This document shows, in pieces, positions 1 through 9,734 of a stretch of 64,000 nt of DNA. The notes under the pieces were generated by a model, which did not search any database, was not told the DNA's origin, and saw only the letters and a list, made by a program, of their open reading frames with translations. Source of the DNA: Pachysolen tannophilus NRRL Y-2460 (lineage: Eukaryota); contig KV454013.1 in NCBI GenBank assembly GCA_001661245.1, positions 1,024,502 through 1,088,501 of the forward strand, read 5' to 3'. Position numbers and translations under genes: made by a program. Positions within the stretch are counted from its first letter, which is position 1, and the number at the start of each line of letters is the position of its first letter.

Positions 1-744
1 CAATGAAGGAAATAAAGGTTTATAATATCCATTTTTAACATCATAATCTTTGAGTCTAGGTTGTACCAAAGCACTTCCCAAGAATAAGCTATGTGGCATC
101 ACTGTAGCTCCTAATATTCCCAAACTCAAATACACAGCCTTTTGCTCCAACACCACTTTTGAACTTGGTAAAAATCCTAAAAATAATGCCTTCTTATCAT
201 CAATATGAATCTTAAACAACAAACTAATAAAACAGAAACATGTAAGTGCCACTAAGGAACTAACAAACAGTTCAAAAATTCTAACTTGTTTCATAGTACC
301 TTCATCTCTATAAGCAAATAGCACAATTACAACATCCAAAGCTGTTACTAAAATCCCAATTTTCAATGGAATATTAAACAAAAGCTCAAGAGAAATCGCA
401 GTACCAACAACTTCAGCTAAATCTGTTGCAACAATGGCAATTTCTGTCAATATATATATCAACAAACTAAGACGCTTATCCATATGTAGCCTGCACATTT
501 CAGCAAGGTTCAAACCTGTTACAGAACCCAATTTAATACATAAAGACTGAAGCAACACCGCAAAAAGATTCGAAATACATATAGTAAATAGTAAATGATA
601 TTGATAGTTCCCTCCTGCACTCACTGAAGTCGAATAATTTCCTGGGTCCAAATATGCAACACTAACTAATATTCCAGGACCAATAAACTTTACATATTTA
701 AATATTATTGCCTTAAAAGAAACCCATCTGTCTACTTGATTCAT
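1..744 (-). CDS. SMF3: NRAMP divalent metal transporter, Smf3-like (3' part runs off the window start; missing from the ORF track)
   Basis: Manual translation from ATG at 744 gives MNQVDRWVSFKAIILKYVKFIGPGILVSVAYLDPGNYSTSVSAGG...TDLAEVVGTAI...GATVMPHSLFLGS, in frame to base 1. It has the NRAMP DPGN and MPH motifs. The short N-terminus and GPGILVSVAY/FAVLLQ resemble Smf3 more than Smf1 or Smf2. Confidence 0.85.
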   Translation of the reverse strand, partial: MNQVDRWVSFKAIIFKYVKFIGPGILVSVAYLDPGNYSTSVSAGGNYQYHLLFTICISNLFAVLLQSLCIKLGSVTGLNLAEMCRLHMDKRLSLLIYILTEIAIVATDLAEVVGTAISLELLFNIPLKIGILVTALDVVIVLFAYRDEGTMKQVRIFELFVSSLVALTCFCFISLLFKIHIDDKKALFLGFLPSSKVVLEQKAVYLSLGILGATVMPHSLFLGSALVQPRLKDYDVKNGYYKPLFPSL

Positions 745-1316
745 GACAACTTTCTTTAACGTTCTAATTTCTCTTTATCTAGTCTACTCTAGTCTAGTCT
801 AGTCCAGTCCAATACCCAATCTACTACTCCTTAAAACTTAAACCCTTCACTGTTCTTTACAGCTTTTAATCAATATATAAAGTAATAGAAAGAAATGTTT
901 TTGTCTCTTCACCAACTTAACGTGTATTATACTTTAGGCATCCAGTGCGGCTCATTTCTAAAGAAAGTTCACATTCTTTTTGAGCGGTCTTCACCAGGTG
1001 ATGGAGGTCAATAGAACTAGACATAGGATTAGGAAAAGGTAGATATAAAAGTGTGTTTTTCGATCAGATGTTTGATAGATTGTCTATAGAGAGATATTTT
1101 AGTAGAATTTGGAAGAACTTTAGCAGAAACTTAACAGCTCTGGTCATTTTTTTAACCACAAAGCCATATACATTATTACATTTGAAGAAAAAAAAAGAAA
1201 GCAAAAAGCAAAATCATTAAAAGAACAAGAAACTCCAAAGCAAATGACGACAGACCACCCAGGCGGAATAAGAAAAAAAAAACAGTGATTTCAACCAGTT
1301 AGCATGATTGTTTTAA

Positions 1317-3134
1317 TTAGATACCGTCTCTAGCGACTTGGACTATGGCATATATGTTCAACATACTGATGAATATCCATACCAGGGTTGCAATGACAGT
1401 AGTTACCCAATTGTTTGCTACGATTTTATATTTCTTATCTGTTACCTCGTTTTCATTTTCGGAGTATCTTCTGTGAGTGTAATTATTTGTGATGGTAGTT
1501 TCTGGATGTTGCGTATCAACATTGCTATTATTAGTTTCATTTTCTAAATCATTTAATTCAATTTCATGGAAAATGTTATCAGAATTTTTATTTTTATTGT
1601 CGTTATCGTTATCATTATTTGGTCTATGGAAATCATTATTTGAAATATCAACTCTCATAATTTTTTTACTGCTTGTAAAATATATTAAAGGTGCAATCAA
1701 AAATGGTAATAATATGGATAATACAACCTGACTTGCATTTAAAGCATTACTCAATCCACTTTTACCAATACATAGAGTAATAATTAAACAAGGTACAATT
1801 GCTATTGATCGAGTTGCTAATCTTCTTTGCCAAGGTTTTAAATTCCAATTAATGTGACCTTCAGAGACAATTTGACCTGCAATTGTACAAACAATACCGG
1901 CCGATTGTCCCGAACAAAGTAATGCTAACATGAAAACAGTTGATACTGCTGGAGATATAGTTTGTGCTAATAACGTATGAATAGTATACAAGTCTGCATC
2001 AATTGCTTGTTCTGTACCATATAACGTAGATCCTGCAACTATTAATATTGCTGAATTAACGAAAAGAGCAAATGTAAATAAATTTAAAGCCAATTCTATA
2101 ATTGAAAATTTTAATGCATATTTGATAGCTTTAAGACTTGGTTTATAATCAAAATATGATTCTTCATTTTCTTCTGCATTTTCTGATAATTGTATATACC
2201 CATTTTGTAAATCGTATTCTCTTAATCTTGGTTGTACCAAACCAGAACCCAAGAATAGAGAATGAGGCATAACCGTTGCACCCAAGATAGAAGCTGCAGT
2301 ATATATCCCACCATTTTGAAGTATTTCACTTGAAGGTAAATAACCTCTAAAGATTTTCCCAACTGATTGTTGAGGGATATATGATAATTCAATACAAAAG
2401 CAAACCACAACGGCAAGAACTAATACTGCAACAGCGTATTCAAACATTTTAACAAATTTCAAAGAAGATCCTGGTCTATATGCCATCAACACAAATAACA
2501 CATCTGTTATTGTCAATATTACACCAGCAGGTAACGGAACTTTTATCAATACGTTAAGAGCAATGGCAGTTCCTATAACTTCAGCAATATCTGTTGCAAC
2601 AATAGCACATTCGGCAAATGCATAAATTGTATAGTTCAACCAATTTGGTAAATATAATCGACATGCTCTTGAAAGGTCTAACCCAGTAACTGAACCTAAT
2701 TTAATACATAAAGTCTGTAAGAAAATAGCAATAATATTAGACAACAAGATAACAAATAATAATGAAAACTTATTTGAAGCACCACCAGAGATATCTGTAG
2801 AATAATTTCCAGGATCCATATAAGCAACACTAATCATTAATCCTGGACCAACAAATGAAATATACTTGCCCAAAATTTTCTTCAACGTAGCCCATTTTCC
2901 ACCACCATTCTGATTTCCAGTTTGACATCCATCTTGGTTCTTAGTTTCTTCATTTAATCCTTGATTCTGGTTATTCTCATGTTCTTCTTTACTAATAGTC
3001 GTATTATGTGAAGGTTTCCTATTCACCGGACTAGACCCACTAATCCCCCCATATAATGTGTGTGTTAACATTTCATTTGGAGGAAGATCAACAGAGTGAT
3101 TATAATGGTCATTATGATGATTATGGATACTCAT
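1317..3134 (-). CDS. SMF1: NRAMP manganese/divalent metal transporter Smf1
   Basis: GPGLMISVAYMDPGNY, GASNKFSLL, LGSVTGLDLSRACR, AECAIVATDIAEVIGTAIALN, GATVMPHSLFLGS and GQIVSEGHINW match recalled Smf1 motifs. Long hydrophilic N-terminal tail. Confidence 0.92.
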   Translation of the reverse strand: MSIHNHHNDHYNHSVDLPPNEMLTHTLYGGISGSSPVNRKPSHNTTISKEEHENNQNQGLNEETKNQDGCQTGNQNGGGKWATLKKILGKYISFVGPGLMISVAYMDPGNYSTDISGGASNKFSLLFVILLSNIIAIFLQTLCIKLGSVTGLDLSRACRLYLPNWLNYTIYAFAECAIVATDIAEVIGTAIALNVLIKVPLPAGVILTITDVLFVLMAYRPGSSLKFVKMFEYAVAVLVLAVVVCFCIELSYIPQQSVGKIFRGYLPSSEILQNGGIYTAASILGATVMPHSLFLGSGLVQPRLREYDLQNGYIQLSENAEENEESYFDYKPSLKAIKYALKFSIIELALNLFTFALFVNSAILIVAGSTLYGTEQAIDADLYTIHTLLAQTISPAVSTVFMLALLCSGQSAGIVCTIAGQIVSEGHINWNLKPWQRRLATRSIAIVPCLIITLCIGKSGLSNALNASQVVLSILLPFLIAPLIYFTSSKKIMRVDISNNDFHRPNNDNDNDNKNKNSDNIFHEIELNDLENETNNSNVDTQHPETTITNNYTHRRYSENENEVTDKKYKIVANNWVTTVIATLVWIFISMLNIYAIVQVARDGI

Positions 3135-3327
3135 TCTGATTTATTAAGAAAGTACCCATAGTATCAGTTTTTTAATAAAAAGATAACTTGAACATGGTTT
3201 ATTTATCACCGCCGAATTTTTCATCACCATTTTACCAATTTACTGGCTCCTAACAAATTTGAACAGAATCCACGTCAGAACAAATTTTATAAGAAAACCT
3301 CATCATCATCTATGTTAGCAAAGATCG

Positions 3328-3357
3328 ATGCTACAATGCTACAATGCTACAATGCTA
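3328..3357. repeat. 8-bp tandem repeat (ATGCTACA)n upstream of SMF1
   Basis: atgctacaatgctacaatgctacaatgcta read directly. Confidence 0.85.
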
Positions 3358-3890
3358 GAGGGGAAACAGGGTCTGTGATTATGAAGAGAGATTGAGTTTA
3401 ACGTATACAGTTTCTTCAAAACATTTGCTCGGTGAGTTCGGATCTTAAATGCTCATAGAATTATTTAATAAACTGTGACCTCTCCAACATTCAGAAAGAG
3501 AATTCTTACTGAACAACAAACCAAACACTAGTTTGCGATCAAAAGATTTAACCATGGAACGTACGGTCCAGTCTGGAGATTTTTTTTCTTTTCTTTTTCT
3601 TTTGAACTTGTTCAATTGTGATATTGCAAATACAAGTCATCGTTACGTATTACATAGTTTTGTTCTTTTTTTTTATATATTTTATTTTCAAGTGCAGGCA
3701 TCATTCATGAAATATGTATGTAGAGTATGCGAACATAATTCAACTACGATAAAAAGAAAACCCAAAACAAGGTTGAAAACTCAGCAATTTTTGGTCATTG
3801 TAAATCTTCAAGAGAAACAGATTTTAATATAAATGTTCAGGGTCTCTTTTTTTATTACTTAAAATCAATCATTCTTAACTTTTTTTTATT

Positions 3891-3928
<38 letters not shown>

Positions 3929-4207
3929 AAAGTCCTAAGGGGTACAGTATAGTGTAGAGTATATAGTTCACCCTGTTTGTTTCTGATCTTGATCTCAGTG
4001 ATGTGAGTCAATTGCTCTTGGTCATCAATTGCGTCTCATCATACCTTTTAGCCTCTCTCACATAAACCTTACAAGCCAATGTTATCGAGGAGGCGAGTTT
4101 AAAAGATTTCCCAGTTTAGGATTCATGAAAACATAGTTGCTATGGAGAAACAAGGAAACTAAAAAAAAAGATTTCTTTAATATTGACTGCGGATTACATC
4201 TGATCCG

Positions 4208-4238
4208 GATCAATGATCAATGATCAATGATTGATCAA
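4208..4238. repeat. 7-bp tandem repeat (GATCAAT)n in the SMF1/PIR divergent intergenic region
   Basis: gatcaatgatcaatgatcaatgattgatcaa read directly. Confidence 0.8.
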
Positions 4239-4493
4239 AACCCATTAGGCTTATAGTGAAAGAAGGCTGGTCTAAAAGATATTCCATGCATTGCTGGAAA
4301 ATCTTGATTTTGTAGGGACCTTGGGCCCAGTGGGCCCTGGCCTTAAAAGGCCGGGAGCAACCCAAAATTGATAGTTTTTTTTTTCAACCATGGTGATCAG
4401 TTAGTCTCTTGGCATCGCCTCTGTTATTCCCACTTGTACTGGTACACTGGTATGACTATTTCCCGATTGGGTTTAATTGACAATGTTTACAAC

Positions 4494-4509
4494 TTTCCTA
4501 AACAGGAAA
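4494..4509. promoter_or_regulatory. Mcm1/ECB-like site upstream of the PIR gene
   Basis: TTTCCTAAACAGGAAA resembles TTWCC-N6-GGAAA. A similar TTTCCCGATTGGGTTT lies at 4459-4474. Confidence 0.5.
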
Positions 4510-4592
4510 AGTACCTTAATGGTAAGATGCATCTACATCTTTAATACCAGTAAAAAGACTATAATTTTACCGAGAGACTATTTTAAGATTTT

Positions 4593-4602
4593 CTATTTTT
4601 AG
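4593..4602. promoter_or_regulatory. Rlm1 (MEF2-type MADS) site upstream of the PIR gene
   Basis: CTATTTTTAG is an exact match to CTA(A/T)4TAG. PIR genes are cell-wall-integrity/Rlm1 targets in S. cerevisiae. Confidence 0.55.
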
Positions 4603-4912
4603 TGCTTTTTCGTCAAGAAGATGGAGGGGGACTGGTTGGGCTGAATCAGTTTTTAGTTGAATAATGATCTTCAAGATGTGCTTTGGAAGTTATTATAAAA
4701 AGACCGTGAATCCACTTTTTCATCTTCTTACTTTTAGTTCATTTTTTCAACAGTTAAACTTAAGATTTTTTCAAAAGTAAGAAAGTAAGAAAGAATAATA
4801 ATAATAACAATAATATCATATATAATTAAAGAAAAGAAAAAAAAAGTTCAAAACAATTCAAATCAAATCATAAGAGATTTTATTTTAAAGAATTTAATTT
4901 AAATAAAAGAAA

Positions 4913-5890
4913 ATGCAATACAGATTATCAACTTTAGCTGCTTTAGGTTTCGCTGGTCAAGCTCTTGCTGCTTATATTCCATCTGAACCATGGACCACTT
5001 TGACGCCATCGGCTTCAGCTCCAAGTGGTGCTGTTACCGACTACGCTTCTTCATTCGGTATTGCTGTTCAACCAGTTTCTACTAGCAGTTCATCAGGTGC
5101 TGCTTCTACAACTGCTGCTCTTGTCAAGAGAGCTGTTGTTACACAAATTGCTGATGGTCAAATTCAAGCTACAACAGGGACAAGTAGTACTACCAGCACT
5201 AAATCCTCTTCAAGCACTAAAACCATTATAACAACCACTGCAAATGTTGTCACTCAAATTGGTGACGGTCAAATTCAAGCCGCTACCACCACAACAACAC
5301 CATCAAGTACTAGTACCAGTTCAACTAGTACATTAACAACTGCTAACGTTGTTACTCAAATTGGTGATGGTCAAATCCAGGCTGCTACAACAACATCAAC
5401 AGCTTCATCATCATCATCATCATCAAAAACTACTAGTACTGCTGAAGTTGTCACTCAAATTGGTGATGGTCAAATTCAAGCTACCACTTCTACTTCAACA
5501 GGTTCAGAAACTTCTACATCAGAAACATCAGCAGCTGCTTCAGCAACTTCGAGTCTGTCTTCAAACTCAACATCTTATGCTACTTCAGTTGCATGTGAAA
5601 CAAGTGATACTTTAACTTTAAGTTTAAACAATTCTATCTTGACTGATATAAAGGGAAGAATTGGTTCTATTGTTGCAAACAGACAATTCCAATTTGATGG
5701 TCCACCTCCACAAGCCGGTGCTATTTACGCTGCTGGATGGTCCATTACTGAAGATGGTTACTTAGCCATCGGTAACAGCACTATTTTCTACCAATGTTTA
5801 TCCGGAGATTTCTACAACTTATACGATGAATCAATTGGTGCTCAATGTACTGAAGTCTACTTAGGTATTGTTGACCTTATCTCATGTTAG
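4913..5890 (+). CDS. PIR-family cell wall mannoprotein (protein with internal repeats)
   Basis: Signal peptide, then [12 protein letters not shown] and a Kex2 site LVKR. Four VVTQI(A/G)DGQIQA repeats are separated by S/T linkers. The C-terminal four-Cys domain contains [31 protein letters not shown] and [14 protein letters not shown]. Confidence 0.97.
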   Translation: MQYRLSTLAALGFAGQALAAYIPSEPWTTLTPSASAPSGAVTDYASSFGIAVQPVSTSSSSGAASTTAALVKRAVVTQIADGQIQATTGTSSTTSTKSSSSTKTIITTTANVVTQIGDGQIQAATTTTTPSSTSTSSTSTLTTANVVTQIGDGQIQAATTTSTASSSSSSSKTTSTAEVVTQIGDGQIQATTSTSTGSETSTSETSAAASATSSLSSNSTSYATSVACETSDTLTLSLNNSILTDIKGRIGSIVANRQFQFDGPPPQAGAIYAAGWSITEDGYLAIGNSTIFYQCLSGDFYNLYDESIGAQCTEVYLGIVDLISC

Positions 5891-6139
5891 ATTTCATGAT
5901 TACATTTTAAAACAAAAAGGCAAAATGGTTTCGTTTGCTATTGTGGTTTGCATTTAAATAAATAAAATTTTATCTTCTCTTTTATTCTCGTGGTTTTACA
6001 AAAATATCAATTTCTTCGGATTTTGCATGTGTTATTAGATATGGGTTAGCTGTTACTTACTTTTTACTTTAGACTTTCATCAGATACGAACGTTTATTTT
6101 TATATTTCATACATAAACGTATATAGTTTTCATTATTAC

Positions 6140-6172
<33 letters not shown>

Positions 6173-6311
6173 CATTTTTATATAAAAGATATATATATTT
6201 GAGTTGAATTGAAAAAAAAGAAAAAAAAAAAAAAAATAAAAACATATTTGTGATTCTATGAAATAATGTAGAAGATGTAGAAATTGTGAAAAAAATAGGC
6301 AAATTAATTAA

Positions 6312-6971
6312 TTACCTGATGATTCTAGTAATTGGAGTTTGATAATGGTTTTTTCTTGTATTTCTCGATATTGGAGTAGAAGATAAATCACTCGCAGTGC
6401 TAGCACTTCTCATGACTATATCGTTTGCTTCATCGGTCTTGGTATTTAGCGGAACGCCATTATTATCGCCATCATCATCACTGTCATCACCATCAAAGTC
6501 AAAAGAATCATCATTAGTACCACTGGTATCGTTGTTATTATGATCATTATCTACAGACAATGCTTGCTTATTTAAATGTTTCAAAATCGTATTATCTCGT
6601 ATATCACCACTGCTATTATTATTGTTGGCCTCATTCAAAAAAATTTGTAAATCTAAATCTTGCCATATATTATTTGTCAATAATTTCTTACCAAGTCCAT
6701 TCAATCCATTGATATTGGCGCTTCCTCCAAACTGTTGATTCAAATATGGCCGATTGCTGGCTAATTCTTCTTCATCCTCCTCATCTATCAATATCGCATT
6801 CTTCAAGAAATTAGAATTTTGAAACTGCATCGATTGTTGCTGCTGTAACAAGATAGCATTAAAATCTATATCATTAAATGGTAATTTATCGTTGATCCAT
6901 CTCTCCAAATATAATACATGATGAGAGTTCGACATATGTATATAGTTCTTCTGAGAATCCCTTGCCGGCAT
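6312..6971 (-). CDS. SWM1: Anaphase-promoting complex subunit Apc13/Swm1-like
   Basis: The N-terminal RDS...H...HHVLY.E.W..D.LP..D and the downstream WQDLDL motif resemble the Apc13 family. The rest is low-complexity and acidic. Confidence 0.7.
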   Translation of the reverse strand: MPARDSQKNYIHMSNSHHVLYLERWINDKLPFNDIDFNAILLQQQQSMQFQNSNFLKNAILIDEEDEEELASNRPYLNQQFGGSANINGLNGLGKKLLTNNIWQDLDLQIFLNEANNNNSSGDIRDNTILKHLNKQALSVDNDHNNNDTSGTNDDSFDFDGDDSDDDGDNNGVPLNTKTDEANDIVMRSASTASDLSSTPISRNTRKNHYQTPITRIIR

Positions 6972-7215
6972 CGCTAATATTCACTATCAAGAACTTATAA
7001 AATTAATGTATTCATCATATAGTTAAACTAAACATCTTTATATTTTTGTTTTTTTTAATTTTTTAAACTGCTTTTAAAATGTTTGTGCTGCGTTTAATTG
7101 TCCAAAAGTAAACAAACAAATCAGATAACACTAAAGAAAGAAGAGGTGAAATAGAAAAAGAATATATATATATATATATATATATAGATATAGATTATAG
7201 AATGAGTCTGAGATA

Positions 7216-8760
7216 ATGCCAATCAAGAGGATTTCGCAACAAACAGTTAGTTCTTTAAGTTCTATAGCTTCTGTGTTCAATGTAACTTCAGTGGTGAAAG
7301 AATTAATTGATAATTCATTAGACGCTGATTCAAGCCATATTAATATAGAAGTGGATTATGAAACTGGTGGATTAAGGCATTGTCTTGTGAGGGATAACGG
7401 TTGTGGTGTGACGAAATTGGATCGGCCATTAATGTGTTGCAATTGTACTACATCGAAACTATCATCTAATTCTGAAATAACAAAGAAATCTATATTTGCA
7501 AATGTTTCAACATTGGGGTTTAGAGGTGAAGCGTTATTTTTCATTTCTCAATTAATTTCAGTAAGTGATAACAGAAGTGGATCCAGAAGTGGATCTAGAA
7601 ATGGTTCAATGACCATTACCACAAGGACTGCAAAGGATCAGATGGGAGAAATGTGGAGCATCATGGGCCAAGGTTTACCAGATGGTTTACCAAAATCTGT
7701 AGCGGCGGCTATTGGAACGTGTATTACTTTGGAAGGATTATTCAGTAGTTCCGTAGTAAGAAAGAAATTGTTAATGAGGCAATCAAGGAAAACTATAGAA
7801 GATATTAGAAAATTAATAATTAGTTATGCTATGACTTACCCAGAACTAAGATTTACCTTTAAATTGATGGAAGTTAAAACCAACGGAGAAATTTGTATTT
7901 CAAGTCATAACAATAAGAATGGATTAATTATAAACCCATGCAGCTCGCAATTATCGTTATTATCGCAACAGTATCAAATACGAAATCCAAAAAATTCATT
8001 CTTTGAAGGAGAAATAGAAACGGAAACAAAAAATTGTCATAACATCCAAGGTGAAGAGGAAGAAGTCGAGTACAAGTTATCTTATGTACTTCCTTTGATG
8101 AATGGGACTTCCGAGGCTTCATCTAAAAACTCCAACACTTTTCTCGCTGTTAATAATAGGCCTTTAGATTTAAAGTCTTCGGTATTATTCAAAGAAATTA
8201 GGAATATGTTGAATTCAGTTTACGAAAAACTCAATTTACTAAGACCAAATATTTGGATTTTAAATATTATTATATTAAATAATGAAAACTTGGATGTTAA
8301 TATTGAGCCTCTGAAAAATGATGTTTTAATTTTCAAACAAAAGGAATTTTTAAGAATTTTGGAAAATGAATTACATGTTATTGTAGCTAATAATCATGGC
8401 TTAAATTATTCTGATGAATTCTCAAACAGAATTGGCAAAAATAAAATTAAAGAAACTGAAAATGAAGAACTGTTAGACGATTCAAAATATGTTGTTTTTC
8501 GTGGTTCAGATTCGGGTTCAGCAAACTCTTTGAAAGGTCCCAATGATGAATTTGAAATCAGCAATGAAATTGCTGATGATGAAACTTCAAATTTGAATGC
8601 AATTGAGATATCAAATGATCAAGACGGCAAAGATTGGAGTTTTCATACTCATGATTTTTTTTCACAAGAATTAATTGGAAACGGGGATGAAATTCACAGT
8701 GAAGCTAGAGATGGAACCAATGGACTGAACACTGATGATTATATCTTTTATAAAAAATAA
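7216..8760 (+). CDS. MLH2: MutL-family mismatch-repair protein, Mlh2-like; N-terminal GHKL ATPase and transducer part only (apparently truncated by an inversion near 8740)
   Basis: VKELIDNSLDA, DNGCGV, TSK, TLGFRGEAL, VNNRP and DVNIEP(CTG=A)K are MutL motifs. The ORF stops abruptly in the linker. Subfamily assignment is an inference, supported by proximity to SMF3 as in S. cerevisiae. Confidence 0.8.
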   Translation: MPIKRISQQTVSSLSSIASVFNVTSVVKELIDNSLDADSSHINIEVDYETGGLRHCLVRDNGCGVTKLDRPLMCCNCTTSKLSSNSEITKKSIFANVSTLGFRGEALFFISQLISVSDNRSGSRSGSRNGSMTITTRTAKDQMGEMWSIMGQGLPDGLPKSVAAAIGTCITLEGLFSSSVVRKKLLMRQSRKTIEDIRKLIISYAMTYPELRFTFKLMEVKTNGEICISSHNNKNGLIINPCSSQLSLLSQQYQIRNPKNSFFEGEIETETKNCHNIQGEEEEVEYKLSYVLPLMNGTSEASSKNSNTFLAVNNRPLDLKSSVLFKEIRNMLNSVYEKLNLLRPNIWILNIIILNNENLDVNIEPLKNDVLIFKQKEFLRILENELHVIVANNHGLNYSDEFSNRIGKNKIKETENEELLDDSKYVVFRGSDSGSANSLKGPNDEFEISNEIADDETSNLNAIEISNDQDGKDWSFHTHDFFSQELIGNGDEIHSEARDGTNGLNTDDYIFYKK

Positions 8761-8985
8761 TAAACTCTTCACCTAGTCGAAATCTAAGCTTGGTTTGAAT
8801 TTCTTCTCTTTCTTCTTTTTCTTTTTCTTTTTTTTTTTTTTGCCAGATTTGAAGTCGCCGTTGCACGACATTTGGCGGATCAAGAGAACTATGACCAACT
8901 ACGATGAGCTACGATGAACTGAAGCAATCTACGAAGGAAGTGGAATAGATAATGGTGAAAGATGAAAAGTGGAGCTATAGTATAT

Positions 8986-9723
8986 TCAGTGAAGATGCAT
9001 GTGAGTGATTCCTCCTTTCTTCTTTTCGAAAATGAAATCTTGCTTACTGTATGTAATATCGGTAATAGTGCTGTTTCCAGAAACTAGACTTTTATAGTTT
9101 TCAATAACCCAATTTGATATACTCTCATTTACTGGATTTTTTTCCTGTCCCAACCATGCTTCTTCCTGTTGGAAAACGCAAAGAGTTTTCTTTGTAATCT
9201 CATTTTCCTTGAGGGCTAAAAGTGTGGTTGCCAAGTTAAATGTGTTTTCTGAAAACTTATCCAAGGGAAATTGATTATAATCAGAATTGGCAATATTCAG
9301 GCCAATATTTGTACCAATATTTGTACTAATATTTGAAGTGATTGAGTTTGAATTTTCTTTTTTGTAAAATGGTCTATGAGAAGTTTTTTTATTCTTTGAT
9401 TTTGCAACATTATTTTTTGTTATAGATTTGGGCCTGCCATTCAAAACATTTCTCCAAGACTTGTTGAATAAAGTATCATCATTGAGGTTCACCTCGTTTA
9501 ATATCTCTATATCGTCATCCTGACCTTCAGAATCAACCGTAGTCGACTCTTCATTATGATTATGAGTACTGAAAATACTAGTGTTTGGTGTTGTTAATAT
9601 TGCTGATAAATTATCTTCATCTACTACTCTTCTATTTGATTTCAAAAGTGCAAATGGATTCGATAAGGAAATATCATTAGCAATTGTTAAGTCTTCATGT
9701 TCCGGAGATGATAAGCTGGTATA
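8986..9723 (-). pseudogene. Displaced C-terminal third of the MLH2-like gene, on the opposite strand (no start ATG of its own)
   Basis: The open frame YTSLSSPEHEDLTIANDISLSNPFALLKSNRR...HMHLH* has no initiating ATG (the track start is TTG 9645). It joins in frame to codon 508 of the 7216 ORF if ~8740-9723 is reverse-complemented. Confidence 0.65.
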
Positions 9724-9734
9724 TTTGAGCTTGA

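Noticed and set aside
3998..4203. Possible box C/D snoRNA (GTGATGT … CTGA)
   Set aside because: The C box is imperfect and I could not recognise a convincing rRNA-complementary guide. An Rfam/snoscan search would be needed.
8986..9645. Stand-alone 219-aa gene starting at 9645
   Set aside because: It starts at TTG and the frame extends upstream without an ATG. It is better explained as the displaced 3' part of the MutL gene.
8740..9723. Programmed flip/flop (recombinase or MAT-like) invertible switch
   Set aside because: Only a 4-bp TATA palindrome is shared at the ends. No long inverted repeats, recombinase or MAT genes are present in the window.
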